DNA from: Lama glama
Lineage: Eukaryota
Reading direction: 5' to 3'
Length of the DNA stretch: 64,000 nt
Assembly (NCBI GenBank): GCA_028534125.1
Contig: CM052817.1
Location: forward strand, 15,688,001-15,752,000
Shown: positions 11,890-23,800 of the stretch, piece by piece
Position numbering within the stretch: the first letter of the stretch is position 1
Layout: every line of letters starts with the position of its first letter
The notes under the pieces: generated by a model
The model's database searches: none
What the model saw: the letters and a program-made list of their open reading frames with translations, nothing else
Told to the model about the DNA's origin: nothing
Position numbers and translations under genes: made by a program

Positions 11890-14284
11890 AAGATGAGCAA
11901 GGTCAGCCTGAACTTGGATGCCAAAGAGCTTCTGTAGAAGGTCCCTGACACACAAACCTGGAATCCCTGAGTACTCTTACTCCTCCCCAGGCTGAGATTA
12001 CTCCCTTAGCCAGTCCTTTCCCACCCTGTTTTGGGCTCTTTGTTTTTTTTTTCTCTCTCCTTTTCCCTCTCTCTCCCTCTTCTTTGCTGCAGGCTCCACA
12101 TACCTCGGCAAATTATTAATACATTTCCCATTTTGTACTTTCTTTTTAATTTGCCTTCTTCCCACTGTGATCCTGAGCCCAACTGCACATGTTTCATTCT
12201 CATTGGTGTCTTCTCCCCATGCAAACTTCTACTTGGCATCTCTTCCAAAGCTTATTTTCAGTTTTTTGAAATGCTCACAGGAAGCAAGGTAAGCTTGGAA
12301 GGCAAGCCCTGACATTCAAAGCATCCTGGAATATTTATCCCAACTGGGTTCTTATTCTCAAGATGTTTGCTTTGCTTTTGTTGTTAGCAGATGACTGGAG
12401 TGAAGAAAAGGAAGATTGTGTGATTGCTGATCTTGGTCTTCGGAGGCTGGTACTTCCATGGGAACAGCTTATTTGTTTACAGACAGGGTCCTTGGGGTGG
12501 TTACCATTGGTGGTTGCTGTGGCAGCTTCAACACCATCAGCAGGGACTCATCTCCACCCTGTCTTTTCCCCACACTTCCCTCCTCTCTTTATCCAGACCC
12601 TAGTTACCAGGAAAAAAAAATAGAAAACCAAAATGTTTAAGTAGACCTCTTTGTTAACAGAAGAGCTCATCTGCTGTGGTTAAGCCTGCACTTGTAGAAT
12701 TAAACTCAGCTACTTGCCTCCATTTCTAAACACCCCACTCCGTCAAAGCCGAGGACAAATGAATCTGCTCCATGTTTAATCAGCCTTTATGCTGGCTGTG
12801 TACCTGACACCACACCGTCCCATAGGAAATGCCAGCTTTCCAGATTGGCTATGGCTTAGACCTACCTGTGGCTGATACCAAGGCAAGTTTAGCATCATAG
12901 GGCTTAGGATGAACAGAGCTGGCTGTCACTAGGTACTATGCCTAGTTTCTAGTGTTCCTGGGGATAAACTGAAGCCTGGATCCCCTGGTTTCATTACCTA
13001 ACACCAAAGGCAGCACCAGCCCATCTGACTGGCTTTAGCCGTATTGTTTTCTTTCCTCAGTCCTAATAACCTAGCCCTTTTCAACCAGAGCGGACCCCTG
13101 TATCAAGACAAACTGATCTCCTTCTTGCATTTAAAACGCTGGCACCAAAAATTGATCATGCTACACCTGAGTCTTTTTGTAGTTGACTGCTGGAATATGG
13201 ACAGTAGTTGAATGAACCTGAAGATAGACCAAGTTGTATTAATATTAAAAGATAACCTGAATTAGATGCTTTGGACTCTGGGTCTTCCTAGAATGGAAAC
13301 TTTTCCAGAGGCATTTTTCCTAATATTTTTCAGTAGCTTAAGAAACTATAAGCAGAAACGTTTTAAAACAAGTCATCACTTTTGTAGGTCAAAGTCCTTG
13401 GAAGCTGTGCCTTTCACACTGTGTCCTGCTCACTATTTCCCATGACACAGAGGTTAGAAAAGGGGGGGTTGGATACCATACCTTTACGCCAGTGAAATAT
13501 AATGACTAAACAATTTAAAGACAATCACAGATCCCAGGTGACCAGGCTTCTCGGTGTTAAATGACTATGGACTCATTTAAGTGTTTGCTCAGAGAGGGCC
13601 AGAAGTCTATAATGGATCATGCAAGTCAGAGTTAAGTAATGGTTCACCACAGTCTGGTTAATAGTTAGACAAGCTGTTCACATTTGATTAGAATTTTCTT
13701 TTCCATTGCTATAATTGTATGATAATTAACTCAACAGAATTACATCTCATTTGGGGAAAATATGTACATTTTGAAGTTTCAGGAGTAACAGATTCCACAT
13801 GCCACAAAAAAGTCTGCAATTATACTATGGGTCTCCCACTCAGCCATAAAGTATGAACTGCTAGGTGTGCGCCTTGTGAGTTCTTGTCTCTAAAGGAGAT
13901 GGTGAGTTTCGTTAGTTCTGACTTCTTCCGAAGGCTCTATGCACAAAAGTACCCTACCCAGACAGCTGCTGATAGATTAGAATTGCCAAGTGGCAAACAG
14001 CATGAACATCTAACATAATTTGACTTTGGAGTTCAATGTGAGATGGAGCACACGAGCACGAGGCTTCCCGAAAAGAAAAAGCATCTATTAAAAAAGGCAC
14101 GAAGCCTTGATCAGGTGTTTTACATAATGAAAGGAAATTCTTTTAAAGCAGATGGCAAGGTATCGGAATGGATGTCCAAATTAAGTCATTTGCAAGTTGG
14201 CCATACTGATAGCCATGGAGATCTTGTCCCTCCACTGACTGTCTATAAACTTATGCCTATCACATGTCACAACTAATGATCACT

Positions 14285-14600
14285 TAACTGTCTCATGGTT
14301 ATACTAATTTCTAGAGTTGCTTGTATCTTTAAAGAGTGACAAGACACTTTAAGAGCAGGAACTCATGTCTGTTTCCTCCCAAACTTGCTAGTTCAGTGCT
14401 AGTCCGTGGTCTAGTGCCTAATACACATGTTGAGTCACCCTTCAGGTTTCCTGGTCAGTATCATTTTTTTTCTAAGAAGCCATCCTTGACCACCAGTATT
14501 GGGTAAGTTGTCTGCTCTCTACTTCTAGAGCTTCCTGGATTTAAACTTAACAAAAATAGGACTCCTATATTAAAATTATTGTCTTGCTTGTCTATAGTTT
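14285..14600 (+). mobile_element. L2 fragments
   Basis: taagagcaggaactcatgtctg...tagtgcctaatacacatgttga and a second body fragment. Confidence 0.5.
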
Positions 14601-16039
14601 GTTTTTAAAAAGGAGTTTTTAGTGAATAAATATCAAAGCTTTCTCTTCTAGCCAACAGTAAGAATCATAAGAGGATCCTTGATAAACAAAGTATATCTAC
14701 CCATTGATCTCCTGGCTAAAACTTGGTATGCCTCTCCCACCAAGTTCCAGGAACCTTACCACATCAAGATTTAGAAAGCTAAACACACTCTCGTAGGATG
14801 TCAGTAATGAGCTGTTGAAATGGGAGGAAGGATGGACAGGGTGGGGAGAAGAGAAGTCTGAGATTTCTGAGAGGCCAGTGTAATCTTGCTTGATGAAGCA
14901 GATAGCAAACACTTACCACCCTCAACTGTTGTCGACTCTAACTGTATCTCCTCCTCCAGGGACCTTTGGGTCCTAGGCTCACTGATGGGCTTCCTATACT
15001 TGTGCTGATAAAGTGCAGTCAAAACAGCACTGGTTTTCCTGTTCTTTGCCTATCAGAGAATTCTAGGGACTTTATAACCTCAACCAAAATCCTGAAGGTT
15101 TGAGTAGATGAATGTTCTGGAATCATTGATGGCATTCCCTGTTCTCCCTCCCACACCATGAATTTGTACCTCTCTCATTGAAATTCTTCTCTCTCTCATC
15201 CATTTCTATCTCAGCACGGACTGAACTCCTCTTTGTCTCTCTGGTCCAAACCTGGATACAAATCCCTTTCTTCATTTCTCTGTAGAATAATAGATTGGTA
15301 TTTTGAACAAACACTTTATGGAAAAATGACCCAATCCAATGCAGGTATGAGTTCATTATATAGTTCATCTTACCAAGTGTATTTTTTCTGATTCTATACA
15401 TCCCAGGAGATGCAGTGAAGAGTATGTACACCCCAAACTCCTACTCCTAACATAATTACATTCCTGAGAGTGTTTGGCACAGCTGTCACTCTGGTTCCTC
15501 CTTCCCAGCCTGGCTGTCAGCCATGTGGCCTGAGGACACCATCTTGCCCCTCCAGCACCCACATGTAGAACTACTTATTTATTATATCCTTCCAACAAAA
15601 AATGTCAATGCAGTAAATGACAACATTTGAGCATTCAGACCTGGCAGTCACCTAGGGCCTTTCCACTGAGCTGCTGTTTCCTGATGGAGGGTCCAAACTG
15701 GTGCATAAAAAATAATTTGCAAGGAGGTAGCCTACCTGTGATCCCCTTGAGCAAACCGATTCTTCCACTTCTGAATGATCATCCATCCTTCACACATCTA
15801 GAGAATTCTAAATAACTCACTGAAGGGGGCACCATCACCTACATACCTAGAGGACTGATACTTCACTAAACCACCTAGCTGTACTGTTACCAGGACATAC
15901 TTACGATAAGCAGGTGCACTACTATGTTTTAGGTATCTTAGGTTTAGGGACACTATGGCAGTGATACTTGCAATGTCCTACTGATCAGGCTATTAATTTA
16001 AAGAATTGTAACTATTAAACATACGAATGCCTATAATAG

Positions 16040-16210
16040 TAGCCATTATACTCTCTACACACTTGTTAATGTTTCTGTCTCCTTAAAACCAGGAGCCACT
16101 TGAAATTAGAAATTAGGTCTTTTTAAAAATTTTTCATTTCCCTCACCCAACATCGTGTCTGACACTCAGTTAGCCCTCAGTAAATGTTTGATTAATTAAC
16201 AAATGAATAC
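16040..16210 (+). mobile_element. L2 3' end
   Basis: gtgtctgacactcagttagccctcagtaaatgtttgattaattaacaaatgaata. Confidence 0.7.
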
Positions 16211-16344
16211 ATGAAGTAATTAATTGTCGGATACAAAGCAACTTTGCTTTCTATAGTCAGTACTGTTTAAATTTAGATTAAGAAAAACATGAGCACATTT
16301 GGGCAAAGCTTAGTGATGGAATGTCCTAAACGCATGTGGGAAGG

Positions 16345-16530
16345 TGGTGTTGGTTTGGAAGCACAGGCAGAAGGATGAAAACCTGGGTTTGACCGTTTTG
16401 GCAAGTTGATTTTTTTTTTTCTGTAAAATAGGGATAATAATTCTTATGTCATCAGGCTGTTAAATAAAATAATGCTTGTAAAGACCTTAACCTGAGACTG
16501 GGCACACAGTCCGCATTCATAAAATGGAAG
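16345..16530 (+). mobile_element. MIR SINE
   Basis: acctgggtttga...ctgtaaaatagggataataa...aatgcttgtaaag...gggcacacagt. Confidence 0.7.
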
Positions 16531-16689
16531 CCTCTGCTGTTGTCATCGGTGTGTCAGGGTAACAAGAGCAGGCAAGTGACAGATAAAGGGGCTCTTAGTT
16601 GAGAGATGCCTGTATCTAAGGAAAGCATCATCTGAGGCATCCGTCTTTGGAGAGCTGGTCTCACCATTGACCAAAGTTAACCATTAAAT

Positions 16690-16960
16690 ATTTCATCTCT
16701 AGGGATATTGACAAGAGTCAAATGGAGTCCCTTAAGCAGAACTGAGGGTTTGGAATGGACCCATAAAAACTGGGCTCAGTACAGAGGCCTGTGATCCCAT
16801 GGCCAGGAAGAGAGGTCTCGCTCTCAGCAAGGAGCACCATGTCCCCACTTCCAGGGCAATGGGTTTATACTAAGCCCCAGTAGATAATAAGAAGTGTGTG
16901 AAGTAGTAAGCACTCTCTGACTGAGGTGGTGAAAAATCCACTGGGGATCCATGAAAGGGG
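16690..16960 (+). mobile_element. Possible L3/CR1 3' remnant
   Basis: agggatattgacaa...gagggtttggaa and gaagtagtaagcactctctgactgaggt loosely resemble L3 3' segments; very diverged. Confidence 0.35.
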
Positions 16961-17379
16961 TCAGCCGTGGAATGAAATGGGAGGAGCTAAAGAGAGCGGA
17001 GGCAAGCTGACAGATACCAAGACCGGCACAAAGCACTTCGTGCCTAAGGGATGACCATAGCGTCAGGGTGGTGGTTTGTGGTTGAAGCTGGACAGAGGAA
17101 AATCCTGCATGGCCAGGCCCTCTTCATATGACACTGGGCATCCATGAAATTGAAATCAAGTTCAAGGTGAAATCACGTTTGTATGACCAACAATAGTGCA
17201 CCAATCAAAATGTACATCCAAGCCCAGGATGTAGTGAGAAATCAGAAATACAAGACAGCATCGAATGCTTATAGAAAAATGGTGTAGAAGTCCCAAGAAA
17301 GAAGATTTGGAGAAAAATACCACAGAAAAAAAAAAGTGTTAGGGGCACACATCATGCCTCAGGGTCAAGTTGTCCTAAA

Positions 17380-17652
17380 GAGACATGCCCCAAAATATGT
17401 TCTTCCTATAATTAAACTGTGAGAAGCTCCAGGAAAAAGAAGAATGTTTCTATGTTCAAGTAACTGAGAAATGCTATACACTGCATCCCTTTGAAGAGAG
17501 CTTTCATATAACATTAGATATTAATGACATGAGAAATCCCTCTCAAAAGAATGCTTACATTTATTTAATCTAACATTTCCCAATCTTCTGAGGTCACCAT
17601 TTTCTTTTCATAGTACCTAGTATTCTGTGAAATAAACTTTGGGAAATTCTGG
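17380..17652. mobile_element. hAT-Charlie MITE (MER112-like)
   Basis: gagaaatgctatacac...acattagatattaa...taacatttcccaatctt...aaactttgggaaattctg (TIR-like end). Confidence 0.55.
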
Positions 17653-18369
17653 CCCCGGACCACCCACACTCAAGCAACTACATGTTTTTGATTTCCTCAC
17701 TTGAATAACAGAGATACCAAAAATATGATAGCAAAGCACAAGGATCAAATAAGGTAATGTATGTTAAACATCATGAAAAGCAACCAACCTGCTCCATGGT
17801 ATTTGGAAACAATGGACGTTAACAAGAAGAACAATTGAGAATCATGGTCGCTAAGAAGACTGTAATATTACTATGATAGCTGGTGTAGCATTGAAACATT
17901 AGCACTAGTACTCTTCAGATTATGTTAGCTAGTATATTTTGCATCTCTGTCCTCTATTCAAGAATATGTTAAGCACATCCTCCAGGGGTCCCACACTGTA
18001 AAACAGTATGAACCATTCCTTGTTCCCTCCTCATATCAAACATGTCTGAGCACTGTCAACTCTCAGTTTAGAAGATCTCCCTTTCTGTGGTCATCCAAAT
18101 CCCGTCTTGTTTTCAAAAGCAACACCACTTTGAGTGGCAAATGGAAAACAAAACCAAAATTAAACAAAAGGCTTATCCCTTTTCTTTCCTTCAGGTCCTC
18201 AATGGATGGGAAGAATCAGATCAAACAGAAAAATCTTGGAACAGAAACTTAGAGAAGAGTGTGACACAGGAAGGCTTCTCTCCCATACACACCCCAATAC
18301 ATACATCTCAGTGACAGGGTCATTACAGACCTTGCATAAGGTTAAGTTCTAGAGATTCAAATGTTGAGT

Positions 18370-19810
18370 TTTCAATAGCCCCAGCCTTCTCCCTAGAACT
18401 TGAGACTCTTAGACCCATTGGCTTGTATGACATCTCCAACTGGATGTCCAAATCAAACTCTTGATTGACCCTCCTGCTGCCACCAGGCTACCAAACTTCT
18501 TGTCCCTTGGTCATTGGGTAAAGACAGTAAGCAGCAACTGAAGTCTATCTCTGCTCAACCAGAAGCCTTGGTGTCATCTTTGACGTCTCTTTCTCTCTCA
18601 CACCACTTCCAATTCTTCAACCAAACCTGTCAGTTCTATTATCAAAATATAACAGGGAAGAACAAATCAGACTCCATAGTAGATCTGTTCCTTTGCCTCT
18701 ATCCCTGTGCTCTGTTTCCTGGGCTGGTTCTATGCCTTTTATAAAAGAATGTTGCCTGTAGCCTGAAATATACAGGAGAGCCTATTCTCAAGGCTCTGAC
18801 TTTTCAGAGTATTAACACTTCCCCATTCATATAAATATAAAAAGTTTCAGAATAGAGAATAATATTTGTTTTGTTGGAGGTTTACAGTGACACCATGATC
18901 TGACCCATATGGACAGCTGCAAGAACAAAGGATTCTGACACCAAGAAGTTTGCAACAACCAACCACACCCCCTCCCCATTTTATCAGTATAAAAGGAGCC
19001 TGAATTCTGACTTGAGGAAGGTGGTTCTCCAGGACATTAGTCTGCCATTTTCTCTGTCTGCCAGCTTTCCAAATAAAGTCGTTATTCCTTGCCCCAACAC
19101 CTCATCTCCCAACTTATTGGCCTGTTGTGTGGTGAGCAGAATGAGTTTGGACTTGGTAACAAAAATATCTGCCCTCTACTCACATGTGAGCCGCCACCAT
19201 CTTTTACCCAGATTACAACACTTTGCTGTTAACTGACTTCCACCCCATGATCCTGCTAACATGTTAGTCTTCTAATGCTGGCCCTCCGGTAGCTTCTCAG
19301 ATCACTCACCGTATAATCAAAGGTCCTCACCACGGCCCCCAGAGGCCTGCATCCTCCAACCTCTCACCCCATCTCATCACATCTCTGACTCTCCTCCCAC
19401 TCCTATTCGTCTCCACTCACTTGTCTCTGGCCTTCCTGCTTTACCTGGAACATTCAGGAATGTTCCCACTTCTAGAACTGTTTGAAGATTAAATGGTTGA
19501 TAAATATAAAGCACTTGGAGTGGCATCATACTCATAGGAAGTCTGAGTTAATATTGTATCACCACTGTTTGAAGCCCCTATATCTTTTTGTTTTTAACTT
19601 TCTCTTTAGATTTTCACCACATCATGTGTCATGGGTAGTGTTTTAAAGAGGCATTCAGAAATGTCCCTGCCTCAGAGCATTTCCTCCAAATATTCCCTCT
19701 GCCTAAATATTCTTCCCCGAGAAAGCTACATGTCCTCAGACTCACTGCCTTAAGAGCTCTACTAAAATCATCCTATCCATAAGTCCTTCCTGGTCACAAT
19801 GTACAAAATA
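18370..19810 (+). mobile_element. L2 body, interrupted by an ERV1 LTR and a MIR tail
   Basis: catctccaactggatgtcc...gtcatctttgacgtctctttctctctcaca...atcaaaa|tatct resumes after the LTR...ggccttcctgctttacctggaacattcagg. Confidence 0.75.
18648..19161 (+). mobile_element. ERV1-class solo LTR, full length (514 bp), family not assigned
   Basis: tataacagggaagaacaaatcagactccat...tataaaag (TATA-like)...aaataaag (polyA signal)...ggacttggtaaca; 4-bp TSD aaaa/aaaa; the host L2 rejoins cleanly. Confidence 0.85.
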
Positions 19811-19889
19811 ACACTCACAACACATGATGTGGTGAAACTATAAAGAGGAAAACCAGAAAGTCAAAGGAAGTCCAAATAGTTATGACATA

Positions 19890-20092
19890 ATGTTAACTGA
19901 GACATTTTAAGACATGACCCTAAGAGCATTACATGAACTGATCACTTAATCCTCACAACAGTTTTGTGGGATAGACAACATCGTTAATCCCATTTTTAGA
20001 GAAGAAATTTAGGACACATAAAATTCACTAACCTGCACAAGACCACACAGCTGAAAACTAGATGCTCAGGCTGGGATTTAAACCCAGGACTT
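19890..20092 (-). mobile_element. MIR SINE
   Basis: cacttaatcctcacaacag...cccatttttaga...aagaccacacagctg...gggatttaaacccagg. Confidence 0.8.
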
Positions 20093-20094
20093 TA

Positions 20095-20221
20095 TTCTTG
20101 TAATAATCTTTAATGAAAAAGAAAGTGAAAACAAATATACGTATATATACAGATGACTGGGACATTAGGCTGTACACCAGAAATCGCACATTGTAACTGA
20201 TTATACTTCAATTTAAAAAAA
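20095..20221 (+). mobile_element. Short L1 3' terminus (camelid/cetartiodactyl type)
   Basis: atgactgggacattaggctgtacaccagaaatcgcacattgtaactgattatacttcaatttaaaaaaa. Confidence 0.8.
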
Positions 20222-20344
20222 GTCATTAAGTGAATTTTGGAGAAAACCAAGAATAAATACATAAATTGATGGGCACTGTGTTTATCCACAGCATGGCCTT
20301 TATGTCTTGCTGATCTTTCCATTTTAGTGCACATTGATCCCATC

Positions 20345-20665
20345 TTTCACTGAGTCACAATGTTTTGTTGAGCACCTACTATGTGACATGGTATAGTCAT
20401 GGGAAAAGATAAAGGTAAGAGATTAATTTGGAGTGGTAGCCAGGGATCAGATTGCATATGACTTAGTAAGTGCTATTCCAAGTGTGATGAGAAGACGTTG
20501 GAGTGATATGACTTCATTTGCATCTTACATGGAGCACCCTGGTTGCCTTGTGGTTGATAAATAGTTCCTGGAACAAGGATGCCTATGGTGAAGTTGGTGA
20601 GAATTGGTCAGATTCACAGTATATTTTAGAGGAAAAACTAGGAGAATTTGCTGGTGGATTGAACA
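20345..20665 (-). mobile_element. L2 fragments
   Basis: ttgttgagcacctactatgtg...ggtcagattcacagtatattttagagg...gaatttgctggtggattga. Confidence 0.65.
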
Positions 20666-20679
20666 TATGTCTCCCATGT

Positions 20680-20930
20680 TCTTTTCAGTTGCTCCATTAT
20701 ATTGCACAATACGAATCCTCCATTGTTATTTAACTCATATTTAATGCACTTCTCTGCCTTTTTTTTAAATTACAAAATGTGCTAGAATGTTTGTCCTTAT
20801 TCGTGGTTCTTTACACACGTGTGAGTATTTCTATAGGGCTGTGAAGTGAAATGGCTGGGTCTTAGAGTACATGAAAGTTTAATCTTAACAGATCCTGACA
20901 AGAAAGTCTCTAAACCATGTGTACTCATCA
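20680..20930 (-). mobile_element. Old L1M fragment
   Basis: gtgagtatttctatagggc...agtgaaatggctgggtc resembles antisense L1 ORF2 end/3' UTR. Confidence 0.45.
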
Positions 20931-21599
20931 GCCTGTGCCAATTGATATTCTTTCATTCCTCTCTTTAAAATGTGTTGACAATGTGATTTCAAGGTGACAT
21001 TGAAAACAGGCGCTCTCCCTGTTTTCCCAGTCTGTCTGCAGGTGATGCCGAGACCCAACCTCACCTACACACCAGTGATAAGATGGTCCTTATTGTATCA
21101 CTGCCCCCACCTCGTTCAGTCATTTCAATGCCCAAACAAACTCCCACTTTTATTTGCAACTGTCCATTCTGGGCAAAGTTGAGAAATCAGAGAAAGAAAG
21201 AGGAGGTGTGATGACTTTCCAAGGAAATTGTAACTGCTGCGTTTAGCTACCCTTATAAATATCTGAATACACAAAGAGCCCTTGCAAGTCCAGTTATTTC
21301 CTCGTCAAGAAAGTGTCTTTTCACAGCATTGGTACAAGGTCAGGCACTGCCTTCAGGGGTGGTTAAGAGCAGGTTGTCCTGTAATTAACTGATTATCTAC
21401 AAAACACTAGTAAGGCACGTGTTTCCTCTAACCTTGAATATCACTCAGTACCTAGGTGCTTATTGACCTGTAAGTTGAGGGCTTTCAAGGAAAAGAGATA
21501 ACTGTGCCTAATAATCTTTCTTACCAAGATTTCATAACCCTCTACTATCTAGCACACTCACTCATAGATTGCCTATCAACAACACACTGTAGACTTCTG

Positions 21600-21800
21600 A
21601 TAAACAGTGCTTTGGACACTTTCTAAACTTTCTCTCATTAACTCTTTCAAACTCACATGCCTGGGAGTCAGGCAGGCAGAGATATATTGTTCTAAGTTTA
21701 CTTAAGGTCAACGTGAGGAATGGAAAGGTTAATTGACTTGACCAAGGTCAGAAAATAAGCTTTAAAGAGAATCAAGAACAGAATTCACCTCTCTGGAAAT
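21600..21800 (-). mobile_element. MIR SINE
   Basis: tctcattaactctttcaaac...aaggttaattgacttgaccaaggtcag. Confidence 0.55.
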
Positions 21801-21899
21801 GTTTCCAGTCTAGTGTGGAAAATGTTAAATAAGGTATATTTCTCTAACTCTGCACTGTTCTTTTCCAAAATCTTATCCCCCAGTAGCTATTTCACCATT

Positions 21900-22117
21900 C
21901 TAATTATTCTCAACTATGTTTTCACATCATGACATACACAGAAAGTGGCAGTGCTTGTGTGAGTCATGAGGGTAAATGAATGAAGATGTCTGTGGTCCCA
22001 GGCGACCATCTTGGAACCCTAGTCATCCCACATCCTGCTAGACTATCCTGAAGAGTGGAGGGATCAGAATTTCTGACAACTATAATCCATTTGAGTCAAA
22101 CCAATGAGGAAGCATTC
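21900..22117. mobile_element. Probable hAT-family MITE
   Basis: ttctcaactatgttttcacatcatgacatacacagaaa ... ccaatgaggaagcatt: TIR-like ends around a ~215-bp body. Confidence 0.4.
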
Positions 22118-22489
22118 ACTATTCCTATACATTTAGCTTCATGCAAAGAACAACCTTCCTCTGCCTAGGGGAAGATGTAAAAGTATGGCAGGGCCTGAAA
22201 AATCGAGATTATGTGTATGCTAGAGGATCTTGTAGGCCTGGGGGTCACAGTGGCTCCTTGTTGGATCTGTAGGAGACTGGGGTTTGGCAGATGGAGCGGA
22301 GGACAAGGTCACCATCTCAGATACGGGAGAGGAGCTGTGGGACTATGGAAAGGAATGCCAGTGGGACAGAAAGCAGACACCTAATATAAAAGAAATTCCT
22401 TAGGAATTGGTGACCATCCATGTGGAGTGTTGTAGGCAAGGAAGTCAAGGATGTCTTCAGGAAGGTTAGCCTTTAAAAGCTTCTCCCTA

Positions 22490-22975
22490 ATGTTCCTTTC
22501 TCTATACTTCAACACATCATCCCAAATCTTACCTAGTTATCTTTCTAACATAAAAATGTGATCACACTTTCTGTGAAAGCTTTGATGGTTTATTGTTTGG
22601 CATAAGAAAACCTGGGCATGCAAGATCCTTCAAAACTAGGGCCTGAGCTTTTCAATACCTTCTGGATGGTCTTTGTTCTTCCTTTTAACTTGTTCTCTGC
22701 CTGATAAACTCCTCAAGACTCTACTTGAATGTCACTTCCTCTGTAAAAATTTTCCCCTAGTCTACCAAGCACATGAATTTTCTCCCTTCCTTTTCCTCCT
22801 ACAGGACCTTGTACTTCTTGCATATTAACTAATAATTTGTGTAAGTTCTGTCTCTTCCACTGGACAATGGAATTTCCCCCCAAGATCAATGCTAAGACTT
22901 AACACCCAGCATCTAACACAGTACCTGGAACATAATAGGTACTCCAGAGTGTTTATTGGAAGAATTAAGTAAATA
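22490..22975 (+). mobile_element. L2 3' portion
   Basis: ttatctttctaacataaaaatgtgatcac...aatgtcacttcctctgt...cccagcatctaacacagtacctggaacataataggtactc. Confidence 0.75.
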
Positions 22976-23569
22976 GATCTTTCATGTTCAATAATGTTTA
23001 AGGACTAAGAAAAGTATGATTCCTTCCATTCTGTAACAACCTGCTAGAAGCTGACATCAGTGTTGCTGTGGATTGGCTTCAAGTCATACATGATTTTGAA
23101 TCTCATTTGTGACTAAGATTTTAGGTGAGTTTATTATATCTTGAAGCCTCCTTCCTCTCACCTGCAGAATGAATACAATGATACTAAGCTTACAAAGTTG
23201 AGGTGAGAACCAGTGTTTTCCTAATATTTGCCACATATCAGGATGTTCTGTAAATATTTCTTCCTCTCTGCTTTTCTTCATTGAAGCCACTTTAAATGCA
23301 AATGAAAAAATGCTTCTTTTACAATTCCAGTCTTTATTCACATCTCAATCTACTCTTTTATAAAGCTCACACATTTGCTTTTGTAGTTATTTATCCAGGA
23401 GAATACAGCATATTAAGGTACATATGTATAGTTGTACCTTTAAGTATATAAACCAATTTTTAAAAAATGGCATTCCCCAAGAAAGATATTATTGTTGCTA
23501 AATATTCATATAGGAATAATATATAAATGGTTAAAATGAGGTCTTATTATAGTAATAACCTGAGAGATA

Positions 23570-23800
23570 ATAAAATATGGAATTTAAGAGCTTGGACTAG
23601 GAATAAAGAATAAACTTAGATTTGAATTCTGACACTACCCCTTTCAAGAAAGTCTGACTTCCGATGCTTCAGTTTCCTCAACTGTATTCTGAACGTAATA
23701 AAATAGGTTTAACTCATAGGTTCATTGTGAGGACTAAAAGAGCTACAGGATGTAATGCACATGGCACAGAGCCCAGCACATGGTACACTCAATGGCTCTT
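23570..23800 (+). mobile_element. MIR SINE
   Basis: gcttcagtttcctcaactgt...ttgtgaggactaaa...ggcacagagcccagcacatggtacactcaat. Confidence 0.8.

Noticed and set aside
14760..14811. 52-nt minus-strand exon candidate (ttcaacag| ... GTG|GTAAGG)
   Set aside because: The peptide is unrecognisable, at least one other frame has a stop, and the pyrimidine tract may be low-complexity or repeat debris.
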